Shown here piece after piece: positions 14,367-26,908 of a stretch of 64,000 bases of DNA (the stretch's first letter is position 1; each line of letters starts with the position of its first letter). This stretch comes from Bigelowiella natans CCMP2755 (Eukaryota; Protista; Cercozoa): contig ADNK01000255.1 in assembly GCA_000320545.1 (NCBI GenBank), forward strand, positions 55,480-119,479, read 5' to 3'. Position numbers and translations under genes: made by a program. The notes beneath the pieces were generated by a model. The model had not been told where the DNA came from, ran no database searches, and worked only from the letters and a program-made list of their open reading frames with translations.

Positions 14367-16322
14367 ATGCTCGTGTGGAAGAATAAAGGAGCGGAGGGTT
14401 TCCTTGAAAAAAAGGGGTTAGTGAACTGGACAAAGCGCCGGTTCATCTTTCAAGTTGATGGGGAGAATTCATTCCTGAGATACTTTAACCAAGGCGGTGG
14501 CACGAAGGGTGAAATCCAGGCTAGTGATATTCTCTCTGTGGAATCGTATATTCTAAGTCGAAAGCACAGAGCTTTCAAGATCTTTTCCAAATCCGATGTA
14601 TGGCTGCTGAGAGGCGACACGGAAGAAGATGCAAGAAGGTATCAAGGCTCGATCGGTGTGAATATCGTCAATCACTTCATCTTCTTTCGTGTTCACTATT
14701 TCATCGCGAAGTATTCTAGGCAAGCGGTAGGTGACAAAGTCTTTACATAGGGTTGTATGTGTGTAGGTGGATGGGGCTCTTGTATCCATTCTGCCAAAAA
14801 TTCTCCAATGTGGATATCGTGCGACGGTCCATTTTAGCTTTCGGCATCGAATATCCGGATATGATCACGGTTAAGATAATTGTTTATTTTGTGTAGCTGA
14901 ACTGGTCGCTTGTACACGATGTTCTGGCCACCTGCAGCCAAAAATATATGAGTCTCCGATACCATCTGTCGTCTAACTCTTGGCTTTGTATTCATAGTTG
15001 TCCAAGTTGATGACAAGGCGAACGTATAAAAAGGGGGAGTGTATCTTCAAGGGCGGTAACATGTCATCAAAATAGATTAAACGAAATCTCTCAACTGCAC
15101 GTTCGCAGTTACCTAATTTTGTTCGGACTCTCTTCCATCTCATCATCCCCCTCCCTCTGTTTAACCCTAACCAGGCAATATCGCCGACTGCTGCTTATTT
15201 CTCAAGAGAGGACATGTGGGGTTGTATAGTAACGAGGATGATGGCAAGGGTGATGGCAAGAAGATAGGAGAGTTAGTCAATGTTCAAAGGCCGTATACGA
15301 TGCTCGGAGAATCCGTTTTAATGGTAATGAATCGAAAAGATATCAGAGTATGAGATGATGCGTTCCCCACTGCTACTGGGACGCAATCCACATTTTTTTT
15401 CCCCCTCATTCCTGTTTTTTGATGGTAAGTGTCGAGCTATTCTTTTCATAAACTTATTACCACTGTGATGAGCGTTGATAAATTCGATACAATGAAGCCA
15501 TTGGTATTAGCATGTGTACATGTAACACATTGGTAAGAAATACCTTGATGTTATGGAACAGGATAAAGCCACGGCGGAAACTCTGACGACACGAGCCGAA
15601 GTAGATGTAGAAGCACTTATTGTACCGAAGAAGAAAATAGAAATCTTCAAGGACGACCACATGGAGGTGGGTATTGAAGCAAGCACCAACGACATCTTCA
15701 TTTTCCTTCTCGAAAACCTTCGAAAGAATCTGGCTTTAGAAGGATGTTGAAGGGGACACACCACACACACACACAGAGACACAGACACGAAAGATAGAGA
15801 GAGAGAGAGAGAGAGAAAGGGAAGGGGGAGAAAATTAGAGGAGAAAAGAGAGAATACAGCAAGGCGATCTTGCATCATCTTCCTTCTATGAATCTATTAC
15901 TGCGCTGCTGTTGTTCTCTGTGTCCATTTTCTTCTTCTTCTTCTTCTTCTTCTTCTTCTTCTTCTTCTTCTTCTTCTCAACCTTAGGCTGTACGGCTGGT
16001 AAGCAACCTCATGGGGTCGAAAGGTGTCGTGAAGGAGCTCAAGAAGGTGCAGCGCTACTGCCCATATCGTCATCACAAACTATCAACATTACAATCATCC
16101 TTTGTACCTGCAATTTTTTAGCAAAGGGGCCTGCTGCTTTCTCATTTATTGATGTATTTGATAACACTCTTCCTTTCTTCCCTCTACTATAGATTGATTT
16201 CCTGTCGACAATGTCGGACAAGCAGCTAAGCATCTTGATGCACGGAGTTCAGTACAAGGTGTGGTGGTGGAGACGACTATGTTGCTGCTACATCATCATT
16301 TCCTGGAATGTATTCTCGTTAT

Positions 16323-16375
<53 letters not shown>

Positions 16376-17887
16376 TCTCCTCCTCTTTCTCTGTCTTCCT
16401 CTTTACGTGGGCCTTTGTGTTACAGACTCACGAGGATGCGTGCCTGATCTTATAGATAATTCTTTATTTACTCCTGTCTCTCATCAGGCGGTCCACAAGG
16501 ACGAAGTTGTATTCTACGAAGGTAAAAACCACACCCCCCCGACTAATACTCGCTTATAACCCGCAATTCTCATCCCTTTCGTCGATGTTCACCATTATTA
16601 TCACCGACTGCTGCTACTACTTCCACTGCCATTCCGCTAGGGCAAGTCGGAGACGGGTTTTACATCGTCTACTCGGGGTGTGTAGAAGTGATGAAGTTCT
16701 CAGAGGAGAAAAACGAGCGCTTTGGTGCTGGGGACGTCGTTAGGCTAAACAGGATCAGGCCGGGTGGCTGGTTTGGAGAAATAGGTATTGTTATCGCTAA
16801 TAATGCGACGGGTCATTTATCGCGCCCTCCTCTTTTGATAATACTTCGATTCTAATACGTTATTATTTAATTAACGGAGATTTACAATGCCGATGGCCTT
16901 TGTGCTGCAGTATGTTTCTGCTATGCCTTGCGAAGTGACCAATTTTCTGTGACGAAACTTTGATGTTTGACAAATCCGATTTCTCAGTAGCCTCTGTGAC
17001 ATATATCTATAATCCTTCTCTCTCTTCAGCATTGTGCATGGATATGGATAGAACAGCTACGGTCATTGCTGTGGAGTCCAGCCTACTCATGATGATTAGC
17101 AGGGTAGGTCTACTACACACACGCACGCACGCACACCACTACACTTCTCCGTGTGAAGGAGGAAGAAGTCATAGTGACGTCTTTCATGTATCCTTCCGAG
17201 TATATAACAAGGGGCTGGGTTATTAAAATTGTATCAAATTGCACCGCAAAGCAACTATACTCTGTGACAGGATTCCTTTCGAGCGTTTCTCCAGGCTGCC
17301 AACATGGATGTCAACGAAGTGATGCGCAAGCGCATTATCCAGGTGTTGTTTCTGCCGCTTTCTGCTCCTTAGACCTGTTCCGTAATCTTCTTGATCCTCC
17401 AAGCATTTGCATGCTATCTTTGCTCTTGTAATCACATTCTTCCTCTCATCGTTTGCGACTCTTCCCTGCCTTGGTGTTGCTTTCCTGCATTCTCCTTCGA
17501 TCTCCTCGGCCTGGACTCGTACGATTGTACCTGCTATCAAATCTCCCCCATCCTCGGCCAAAAACATGGCGGAACCACACTTAGAGCTTCAAGGCGTTCC
17601 GCATCCCTTTCTTCGAGGCGATCCCCGAGTCCAAGTACGTGGACCTTGCTCGCGACTGCAAACTGGAGCAATTCGACGCGCACGAGGTTATTTGCGTCGA
17701 CGTCCAATAGAACATCGGACGACGACAACTAGCGCAAAATTAGAGAGGGGGGGAGAGCGCGAGAGAGGGGGGGAGGGGGGGGGGGTGGATGGTGATGAAG
17801 AAGAGTTGGGAAGAATACACGTGCCGTGGCCAGAGTGAATTCTATTCCGTTACTCCTGCTAAGCTTCTAAGCATTTCATGTTTTCTT

Positions 17888-17934
<47 letters not shown>

Positions 17935-18691
17935 CTTCCTGCTACTGCTGCTGCATAGGTGATCTTCGCCGAGGGTGAGCCTGGAGATCGGTTTTACATC
18001 ATATCACGTGGCCAGGTTTCTGTGAGGCGAGATGGGGTAATAACGTGAATAGAAGCAGCAGCAGCATTAAGTGTACGGCTGGTGACGAAAGTCCATTTAT
18101 CTTTTTTCTGCGCATTTTTCTTCTATACTCTTATCGCATGATATCCACAGAAAACTACACGCACGTACCATTGGAGTGAGTGAGTGAGAGTGTGCGTGAG
18201 TGCGTGTATTTCACATATGATCTAACTCCGATAAAGCCACCTGCCTAAATCTCCTTTCGCAAATCCCCCTTCTTACTTCTTCATCTTCTTCTTCTTCTTT
18301 TCCTTCTCCTTTTCCTTCCCTCCCCTGCAGAAGGAGATTGCGCGATTAGGGACCGGTCGGTATTTTGGTGAAGTGTCACTGGTTATCGAGGGCTGCGACC
18401 GCACAGCAACGTGCATAGCCACTAAGAAGTCGAGTGCGTACACGAATATGATTACCTTATCTTGATTAATTTCCAACATATGCACACGAGCAAAAATTGC
18501 CATGTTAATCTGGTGGAAAGAACAACAAGCCTGCTGTTTGGGGCTTCCATCCTATCCTGATTTCCCTCCTCCTTATGCTCGTCTCCCCTTTTTGCAGCGT
18601 TGATGTCCATGGATAAGGAGAACTTTCGGGGTTTCTTTGAAAATACTCCCGAGGCTCTTGCAGACGTTGAGATCAAGATAGCAGGCCCAAA

Positions 18692-18735
<44 letters not shown>

Positions 18736-18854
18736 AACTGTGGTGGTGGAGGTGACGACGATCATCGGGACGATGATAACAGTTAATATTATCGTAGCTC
18801 CTCCTCCTCTCACTCATTGTGATGTCTCATCATATTGGTGGTTAGTGGTTATGT

Positions 18855-18889
<35 letters not shown>

Positions 18890-19431
18890 TAGGGTCCAGA
18901 TAAGGTCGATAATATATCACCCGAAGGCGCTTAATCTCTTCACAGCTTACCTGCAGAGTCAATGGGCATCAGAAAGCATCGAGTTCTGGATAGAGGTAAT
19001 TATCATGTAGGATCATTTGTGGGCACAGCATTTGCGTTGAAAACAATAGCAAAGGAGCGGAGAGAAAAGAAGAAGAACAGATATTGACACTGGGGAAAAC
19101 TACCAACTAGTACAGAAATGCATGCCTTTTTGTCATCTTCTGGTTGAACTTGGAGCACAGAATGTGAATCCGTGTTCAGAGCATTGGGAAAAGGAGTTTC
19201 GCTTTCATAAGAGCGTCAATCTGATTCGTCCCTGATTATTCCTATGTTGTGCCTCACAGTGCCGAAGGTTTCGCAAGTCTTCGGAGACACAGCAACTGAC
19301 AGGCAGCCAGCTGCAGTACCTCGCCACCAAAATCATCGACAAGTATATTAAGAGCGGCTCTGACAAGAAGATCAACATTTCGGCCAACATGCAAAAGTTG
19401 ATCCTGGAAAGGGTATTCATTTTCACCAGAC

Positions 19432-19473
<42 letters not shown>

Positions 19474-20112
19474 TCCACCCTCTTTGTTTTGTGAGGGTGT
19501 ACGCGTGTGTTGTACTGCTCATCTGGGTACCTTATATTAAATTTACATAGGTTTTTTGTTTCTACTTTTGTTAGTGCTTTCGTTATCAAACTTTCCTCTT
19601 ATTTCTCCTTCATTATCATCGCCAATTTCATATAATAATCGTTATCATATAAATTCCAGTGGGAGAAGAAGGAAATAGATGAAACACTATTTTTGCAAGC
19701 GGAGACGGAAGTAGTGATCTTGCTTGACCGTGACAAGTTCACAGCCTTTAAGGTGCAGTGCTCGTTCCCTTTCAAATACTCACCTGCTAGTTACATGTGT
19801 TGTCCCTTTTGTTGACTCCTTTTCTGTCACCCTTCTTAGCAAACAGATGCGTTCAAGAAGTTTCTCTCGGAGCAGGAGGGCTACGGGGAGACGCCGATCA
19901 CCCCGCGCATTGGCGAGACTCAATCGGCGAAGAACAAGAGGTTGATACGGAGGGGTGGTAGCATGCTTGGGAGTATCCGCAGAGGTATCCATTCCATAAA
20001 AGATGGGCCGACTCCTCGGTCCCCACCTTCTCGAGTTACTAGCGCGATGAGCGTTCATAGCGATTTAGGCACGGAATGTAGCAGCCTTAGGGACCTTCCA
20101 CAACTTGAGTAA
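14367..20112 (+). CDS. Multi-exon signalling protein: PH domain, two cyclic-nucleotide-binding domains, RGS domain
   Basis: PH: EGFLEKKGLVNWTKRRF..WLLRGDTEEDA. cNMP1: GDGFYIVYSGCVEV..GGWFGEI..DRTATVIA. cNMP2: VIFAEGEPGDRFYIISRGQVSV..RYFGEVSLVIEGCDRTATCIA. RGS: LFTAYLQSQWASESIEFW..KIIDKYIKSGSDKKINISA..FLQAETEVVILLDRDKFTAFK. Stop TAA at 20110-20112. Confidence 0.88.
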
Positions 20113-21131
20113 TAGCACATGGGTACGAAGGAGCTTGACACAAAGAACAATAGCACAGGTGTTCTACAAGGGAGTGTGGTGCTTGATAGAGACATGGTAA
20201 CAAATCACAAGTGTATGTTATTGCATAAGTCTCTTTCAAGCTATCAATGATGTCAATGCTATCAATGTTACGATACGTATACATCGATGCGAGCTGTATT
20301 TGCGCATGCGTAGACACATACACACTGGACATTGTGGGATGTGACAATGCACGTACATGGCCTTGATGATTGCAACATTAATTATGCTTAGCTCCACCAT
20401 GTAATATGATATTTATAAAATGTCGTCGTACGTATGGTCGCAACATTCGGATGTGCATGCACGGTGCGGATGCAAGAGGTCATGCGATACACATATAGAT
20501 ATACGTCGCGGCATTTATAGTGCACAGCTACATGAGCATAATGACACTGACAAATGAAAAGATTAAATCACTTCATTACATCCGTCGCATACGTCACGGA
20601 TGAACAAAGCATGCGTACTGTGGAAGCACATGTATAAGCTCCACCACAGACAATCAAAAGTATTTAGTATCATGATGAAATATGTATATTTCAAACTGAT
20701 TCCGTTTGCACGTCTCAAGGCAGCATGTTGTCGCTACATGCAGAGCCTTTACTTTTAAACAATACGGCACAGCTACAATCATTGTAGAAAGTAGTGCATG
20801 CCTCTCTGAATACTACGTTCTGAGTCTAGCTTTGCGTGATGCACTCGATCACAAAGATGATGAAATAGTTTATATGCCATTATCACCGTATCCGTGTAGA
20901 AAGCGTGGCCGCTACCGGAGGGAATTTCACGATTATTACTATCGCACCCATACCGGTTATTACTAATGCCGATCGGTTTCGCTTAGAACACATCATATAC
21001 AGGCATTTTTTGAATTTAAAATTATATCTAATTCTATTCTGCGGGGACTGAATTGCCCTCAAGACTGTCGTCGAAGTGTTTCATCCGGGTTTACCATTAT
21101 ATGACAAATATGATTATGACAACAATAATCG

Positions 21132-21703
21132 CTATTCCAATGCTTCCACCACAGACAGGGACAACGTATTCTATGCGGTTTAGAGGAGAAAATGGGTGGT
21201 TATCATGTAGCAGGATTGAATTAGAAAAGGATTATATTTTACTTGCATATCAAATAAACTCGTCCCAACAGTATTCGCGATCCTCTTTCGTAAAGCCACA
21301 GCAAATGTCGCCTAAAATTCGTTTGACGAATTTAACGCTCTTTCTACAAAAGCTTGCAGTTTGATCCCTCACAACACTTTTCACATACCCTCTTCCTTCT
21401 CTCCCGGGCCATTGCTGGCTTCAGTTGCAACATCGATGAGATGCTCGTCCCCGTTGAAGGTCTAGAGAGATCAGAGGACAATGAAAGCAGACGAAATATA
21501 AACCAAAACAAAAAATAACAGAGATGGAGACATCGCTGTGGCTCATAGCACCGAAGGCAGGAAAAGTACCTGGCGAGGCCGTATAGAGCCCATAAGGAGG
21601 AGTCGTCGTCGTCTTCCTCGATTGACTGTGCAGCTGGGGAGCACACTTTTTTGGAGATACGTTTTGCATGGGTTTTACCTACCTGCGACAACATCCATGT
21701 CAT
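21132..21703 (-). CDS. Possible small spliced gene, unknown product
   Basis: In-phase GT-AG joins give QSIEEDDDDSSLWALYGLAR|PSTGTSISSMLQLKPAMARERRKR|ATFAVALRKRIANTVGTSLFDMQ|NTLSLSVVEALE*. No homology recognised and the start is uncertain. Confidence 0.3.
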
Positions 21704-21797
21704 GTCGCATGATGAAGACGCTTATTTGGAGAGATGTTTTGTGCTGGTTTTACCGACCTGCGACAGCATCCAAGTCATGTCGCATGGTGGAGACCCT
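21650..21797. repeat. Two diverged tandem copies (about 75 bp), each containing TGCGACA..(12 nt)..TGTCGCA
   Basis: ggttttacctacctgcgacaacatccatgtcatgtcgcatgatgaagac versus ggttttaccgacctgcgacagcatccaagtcatgtcgcatggtggagac. Confidence 0.8.
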
Positions 21798-22370
21798 GTT
21801 TCCTCCAAACTCAACAATGCCGTACCTGGAAGTCGCTAGTTTTTGCTGGCGTTCAATTTGCCGCTACAATTGCTAATGCAGTTCTTCATCACGTTTGTTT
21901 GTTTGTTTGACCGCTATCAATAGAAAATACTTCATTCGTTCAAGGCAAATGATGACCGATGCGTGTTCAAATTTGCAGTCACGCATGACTGATCGTCGAC
22001 CGCTGTGATCATCGTGCATGCCGGCATGCGCTGTGTGCGTGCGTGCATGCATGACTAGATGATGGAAGCTTCTCATTGCTGTTGGACCCTTGCATGACAT
22101 GCATGCTACTGCACATCAATCACAGGGCGCGGTACGATGAGTAGGTGCATGACACACATCATGTAACCTCACTCAAGCGACATTTCGCAAAGCAGCTACC
22201 TAGGCTATCCTGTCTTACAAACAGCTAGCTAGGTCACCCTGTCGCATGGCTGTCACAATCGCTATGTGTCCAAACTGGCAACGTCTCTATTCCCAAGGAA
22301 AATAGAGAATTTATTTGCTACCTCATGTACATTGAATGCAAACGCACTGTATAAGGGGACATCATATCTC

Positions 22371-24741
22371 TTAGCTACCAATCGCTTGGAGTTTTTCTAA
22401 GTCTTTGACTGTGCGATCGATGGCATCATCCGCATCATCGTCTTCGTCCGGAAAATCATCGTCCCCATACACCTTTTGATACGAGCATACGAAGTAGACG
22501 TGCAAGGCAAAAACAAAGTCTCATCAAAACACTTTAGAATCATTTTCAGCAACTTTATCTGAATTACGATGTCACTAGATTCGTCATCTCGTTCTGGGAA
22601 AACTCCTTGCGACTAAGCAACAAAACAAATTAGCGAAACCAAGGCCTTAGCTTCCATACAATAATTCATGTTTATTTGCATTCTGGCCTGCAATCTATTT
22701 CCGCAAGTTACAATTGACGACACGCACATATAAATACCTTCAGATACGCTATAGCGTGAGGAATTGCATTGTCCTTCACCTGACGGAGGGTAAGCCAACA
22801 TCAGAAGAGCGATCGATAATGAAAGCAACGGTAGGAACGAGGGACTTAGTACACATGCACATGCACATGCACATACACAGATAGAGAGAAAAGGGTGCGG
22901 GGAAGAAGAAAGAACCGCTAACCTTGAGTGGGTACGCGTTAATGGACGCATTGAGCGGAACCTGTCGATAATATATGTCAGAAGATTAAGAGCAATTTTT
23001 CAGCTACTCATTTATCCACCCACGGATGTAACACAATTTACGAACATGTTATTAAGAATGTGTGTGTGTGTGTGTGTGTGTGCGTGCGTGCGTGTGCATG
23101 TGTATGATAATCTAAGTTGATACGACTAGCAGCTTTAATAGATAGCAAGAGCAGTCAGTATTCATCCCTACAACAACAACAACCTCTCCCATCGCCACTG
23201 TCTCGTTCGAACCCTTCACGACTATAGAGTCTAGTCCCGTCTTAAAGTTCAGAAAATCACCAACACACCGACTCAGAGGGAGATATTCAAGACTTTACGT
23301 TGCAGTCCGCTTACAACTACCCACGACTACAATATACTTCAACACTTTCTCCAGCTACCTACCTGGTCGCAGACGTATTGCATCCACTTTTCCGCGGAGA
23401 CCTTGTCCGTCTTTTCCGCAGGCACGTGCGCCAATATGGCGAGCCTCTCGAGACCTATGATGCAGAGGATTTGAGAGGACCTTAGAGGAGAAGAAACAGC
23501 AGCTCGGAGGTGCTAATGGATGTGTGCATGAAGGAAATAGATAGATAGCCAGTTGAGGTTCATATGTGAAAAACAAGTAAGGAGTACCTGCTGAGAAGAG
23601 CATTTTACCAACACTTCCTGCCCCACCGACGCTCTCGAGCATGGCAGGATTTACATCTGATTTAAACCCGAAAATTAGAGGGAAGAGGTTACCAATATTC
23701 GGCAAAATAAGAGAACAAATCATATGCATATGTATATAATTTATATTATATCAATTGATGCGCGCCGTGTGGTGACTTCGATATTGCTATTGCCTTTGTT
23801 CATGGACTTCAAAGACTCGAGCATCAAGTCGAACTCTCCCTGTAGGAATTGTTAACACCGATAAAAAAAAAACTAATCAGAAGAATAAGTCCAGAGAGAC
23901 CAATTGCCCCTAGAAATGACGCTGTGTCCCTAACAATGTCTCTAAACAAGGATATGTCGGATTATGGAAACAAAATCGAGGAAACGTTTATTCAGATCTT
24001 ACGTTGCACTGGTCGAGTGAAGTACAGAAAAATTCCATACCTATAAATAACATGTTAATTTCCGTGAAAGCGACGATCCGATGAGCAAAATCGAAATATG
24101 TATCAAGAATTTTGACCGCCCATCTCCGCCATTCCGATGAGGTCTTGACCCTTCTTGCCCCCTTCTTTTCGGACAGCCTTGAGAAGCTTTTCTCTTTCCC
24201 TGATTTCCCAACGATTCGCAATTTTGTGGGTACGAGAAAATATGATGGTGAAGTGAAGCAGTATCTCAACTATGGCCGTACTTACTTGCTCTGCTTCTTT
24301 ATATCTGCGCTCTCTTTGCCTGGTACTTCATTACCGTTCGGTTGACCTCCATTACCACCTCGCAGCCTAATTTTTGTCACATAGGAAAGGTCGGGGTTAC
24401 GCGCATCCAATGAGAAACATATGTAGCGTTGTTCTTCCCCTATCTTATCCCCTTCCCTTCCATTTCGCTTGCTGTCAGAACCTTGCAAGAAAGCGATATT
24501 GACTTGCGCCGGGGGTTCGTTCCAGACCGTGCCGTCGGCATCGGGGTCCTGAAAATGTTGCAGGAAGAATTGCCGTTAGCACAGCACGGGTGCGTACAGC
24601 CATCTCTTCACCTCTCTCAGCGTAGTAGGCAGGCTCTTTCGATAGGTAACGGCTGTGAAAACTGGCTGATTTGGTAGCCGGCACCACTAGGGCCAGAGTA
24701 GCAAGAAGAGCGACGCCACGACGCGCTCGTGGATCCTGCAT
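22371..24741 (-). CDS. Conserved hypothetical protist protein (EGGKKGQDLIG..MGG.EFFC family) with an N-terminal signal-peptide-like leader
   Basis: Exons: MQDPRARRGVALLATLALVVPA..|DPDADG..KIRLRGG..DIKKQSK|AVRKEGGKKGQDLIGMAEMG|GMEFFCTSLDQCN|..GGAGSVGKMLFSAG|..AHVPAEKTDKVSAEKWMQYVCDQ|..VPLNASINAYPLK|VKDNAIPHAIAYLK|SQGVFPERDDESSDI|VYGDDDFPDEDDD..QAIGS*. Confidence 0.8.
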
Positions 24742-25145
24742 GTCGGTCTCTTCTGTGCAGCGGGATTGTTCGATTCTCTTCGGAAAGAAACATATCCAGC
24801 TAAAGCCGGAGAAAGTTGCGCAATTCCTCCTCCTTTCATCATTTACGACATGATATATCATTTGTCGCATATTCATTTATCATGGCGATGAAGTAATCGC
24901 CGCCTGCACAGTCCCGGCTCTCATGCGAAAAATATAGGCGACTTCCCAATTAGTCTGACTCAGACTCAAAAGCCCCTTTCCCGAAGAATTAGAGTGCACA
25001 CAGTTGTGAAAAAGATCGGAGACTTTCGGGATTCTCACGAAAGTATTCAAAATAATTTTTTTAGTAGTGTCGTCTGTGATATTTGTCCTGTAATTATATT
25101 TCCTTTATGTTCTAAATATGTGTGGTAGATCTTAGAAACGAAACA

Positions 25146-25625
25146 ATGGCTCCGAGTCGCCTTCGGACACCCCCCTTCCTTCCGCTCATCCTGATCCTTG
25201 TAATGGTCGCCCCAGGAACCAGATCGCACACATCATCTTCGGGTCATTAGGATTTATTCTAATTAGACGGAAAATGCAGCCCAGTAAATGGGAATTTAAT
25301 TCTAAATTCGATGAAAAATAAACACTGTAGGTACGCTCCGAAATGCGGTTCCAAGGCACCGGTTGGCATGTGCTGGGCAGATTAGACTTTCACGAAATAG
25401 GCTCACACAAAGAGCACAAGATATTCCACGGACTCCGCTTGCCAATCATCCAGTTAGTCAACAAACCTTCACGAATTCGGCACATGTGAATTGTCTGAAA
25501 TAGTTTCTACCATGATGAGATGAATGAAGGAATGCATGGGGGCATCACTAAGGGAATATTAACCAGAGACGTAGGGTTTGATGGTGAAAATTTTCGATTA
25601 TGACAATATTTGGTTTTGGTTTTGG

Positions 25626-25666
<41 letters not shown>

Positions 25667-26908
25667 TGTGTGCCCCTGCTTGTGTTTAGGAAAAGATGTC
25701 GAGTGGAAATAATGAGGCTATGACAGCCAGCCAGGAACAACTGAAGATTCACTCGAACGTGGAGGTGGAACGAGAAATGCAACCGCAAATGCAAGCATCA
25801 AGAGATCCTCTACGAAATCATCCGGTTGGGTGCACCACTCGCTTTTTTAAGAAGTGAAATTATTCCTAACCATCTGTCTGTGTGTCTGTAGGAGAGAACA
25901 GCTCCTAGAAAGGATATGGATCTTCTGTTTGAGGTGTTGATTTTGTTGTTTATACTCGATACAGATCCTTATATATGTGTTTGAACATACACCTCACACA
26001 GAGTCAATCGGAAGTCCAAGAGCTCCTGGAGCGACGGCAGCAAGTGAAGCAGCTTGAGCAGGAGCTGAGACAGAACGTCAAGGACTTAAGGGTATTGAGA
26101 AAGAGAGGATGATGCTGACATATAGATGATGTGCGAATATAAATAATATGCGAGTAAGATTTCAAAAAATAATCGGTATTTGGCATTACTTGAAAATAAT
26201 GAAAATTTAAACTATGATTATGTTGGTTGATAACGCCTTCGTAATGCAATGCCGGGGTTCCTTCCGAATATTAACAATCAATTTATTACACCAGAGACAT
26301 GATTACGGGGTAAAACTGAAAGAATATATGCGTCATGCAACCGACACGGGAAGCCCTGAATTCCAGATCGCCCGCATGACGCAGCGTATACGGCAGCTTG
26401 TGGGGCACATGGAGAGAAACCGGAAAGATTTGCATTCCAGGTTAGAATATGGATGGTGATGAGTAGGGATGTTCGCAGTAAACAGTAATTAAGAGTCACA
26501 CCCCCTCTTTCTTTTCTGCCACTCCATCACACATTTAATTTTAACAGACGAGGGTTAGAGATGATTGTCCAGGACAGGAGAAGGATGCTCAAGTATCTCC
26601 GTACAACCAACTTGGAGTCGTACAAGCAATTATGTGAGGCTCTTGGCATTCGAGACCGTGTCCCGCCCACACCAACATATCCAGGTAATAATAGCATACA
26701 CAGCGCTATTACGGAACGAAGGAGCTGTGGCTCTGAAATGACCAGAACGTAAAATATGTGTCTCATCCCCCCCCCCCCCCCCCCCTCTCTCTCTCCCTCT
26801 CTCTCCCTCTCTCCCCGTCTTGCAGCGGTAGGTCGGCGATACGGAATTAATTCTGGAAGGCAGGAGAAGTTGAAGAATTCCAATAGACCGATTGGAATGC
26901 CTTTTTGA
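25146..26908 (+). CDS. rps15: Bacterial/organellar-type ribosomal protein S15 with a bipartite leader (probably plastid-targeted)
   Basis: RHATDTGSPEFQIARMTQRIRQLVGHMERNRKDLHSR|RGLEMIVQDRRRMLKYLRTTNLESYKQLCEALGIR. Exon 1 is MAPSRLRTPPFLPLILILVMVAPG, followed by an Arg-rich segment. Stop TGA at 26906-26908. Confidence 0.9.

Noticed and set aside
22745-22790. VKDNAIPHAIAYLK initially resembled a NAP1/SET C-terminal motif
   Set aside because: The rest of the gene matches the EGGKKGQDLIG hypothetical family, not NAP.
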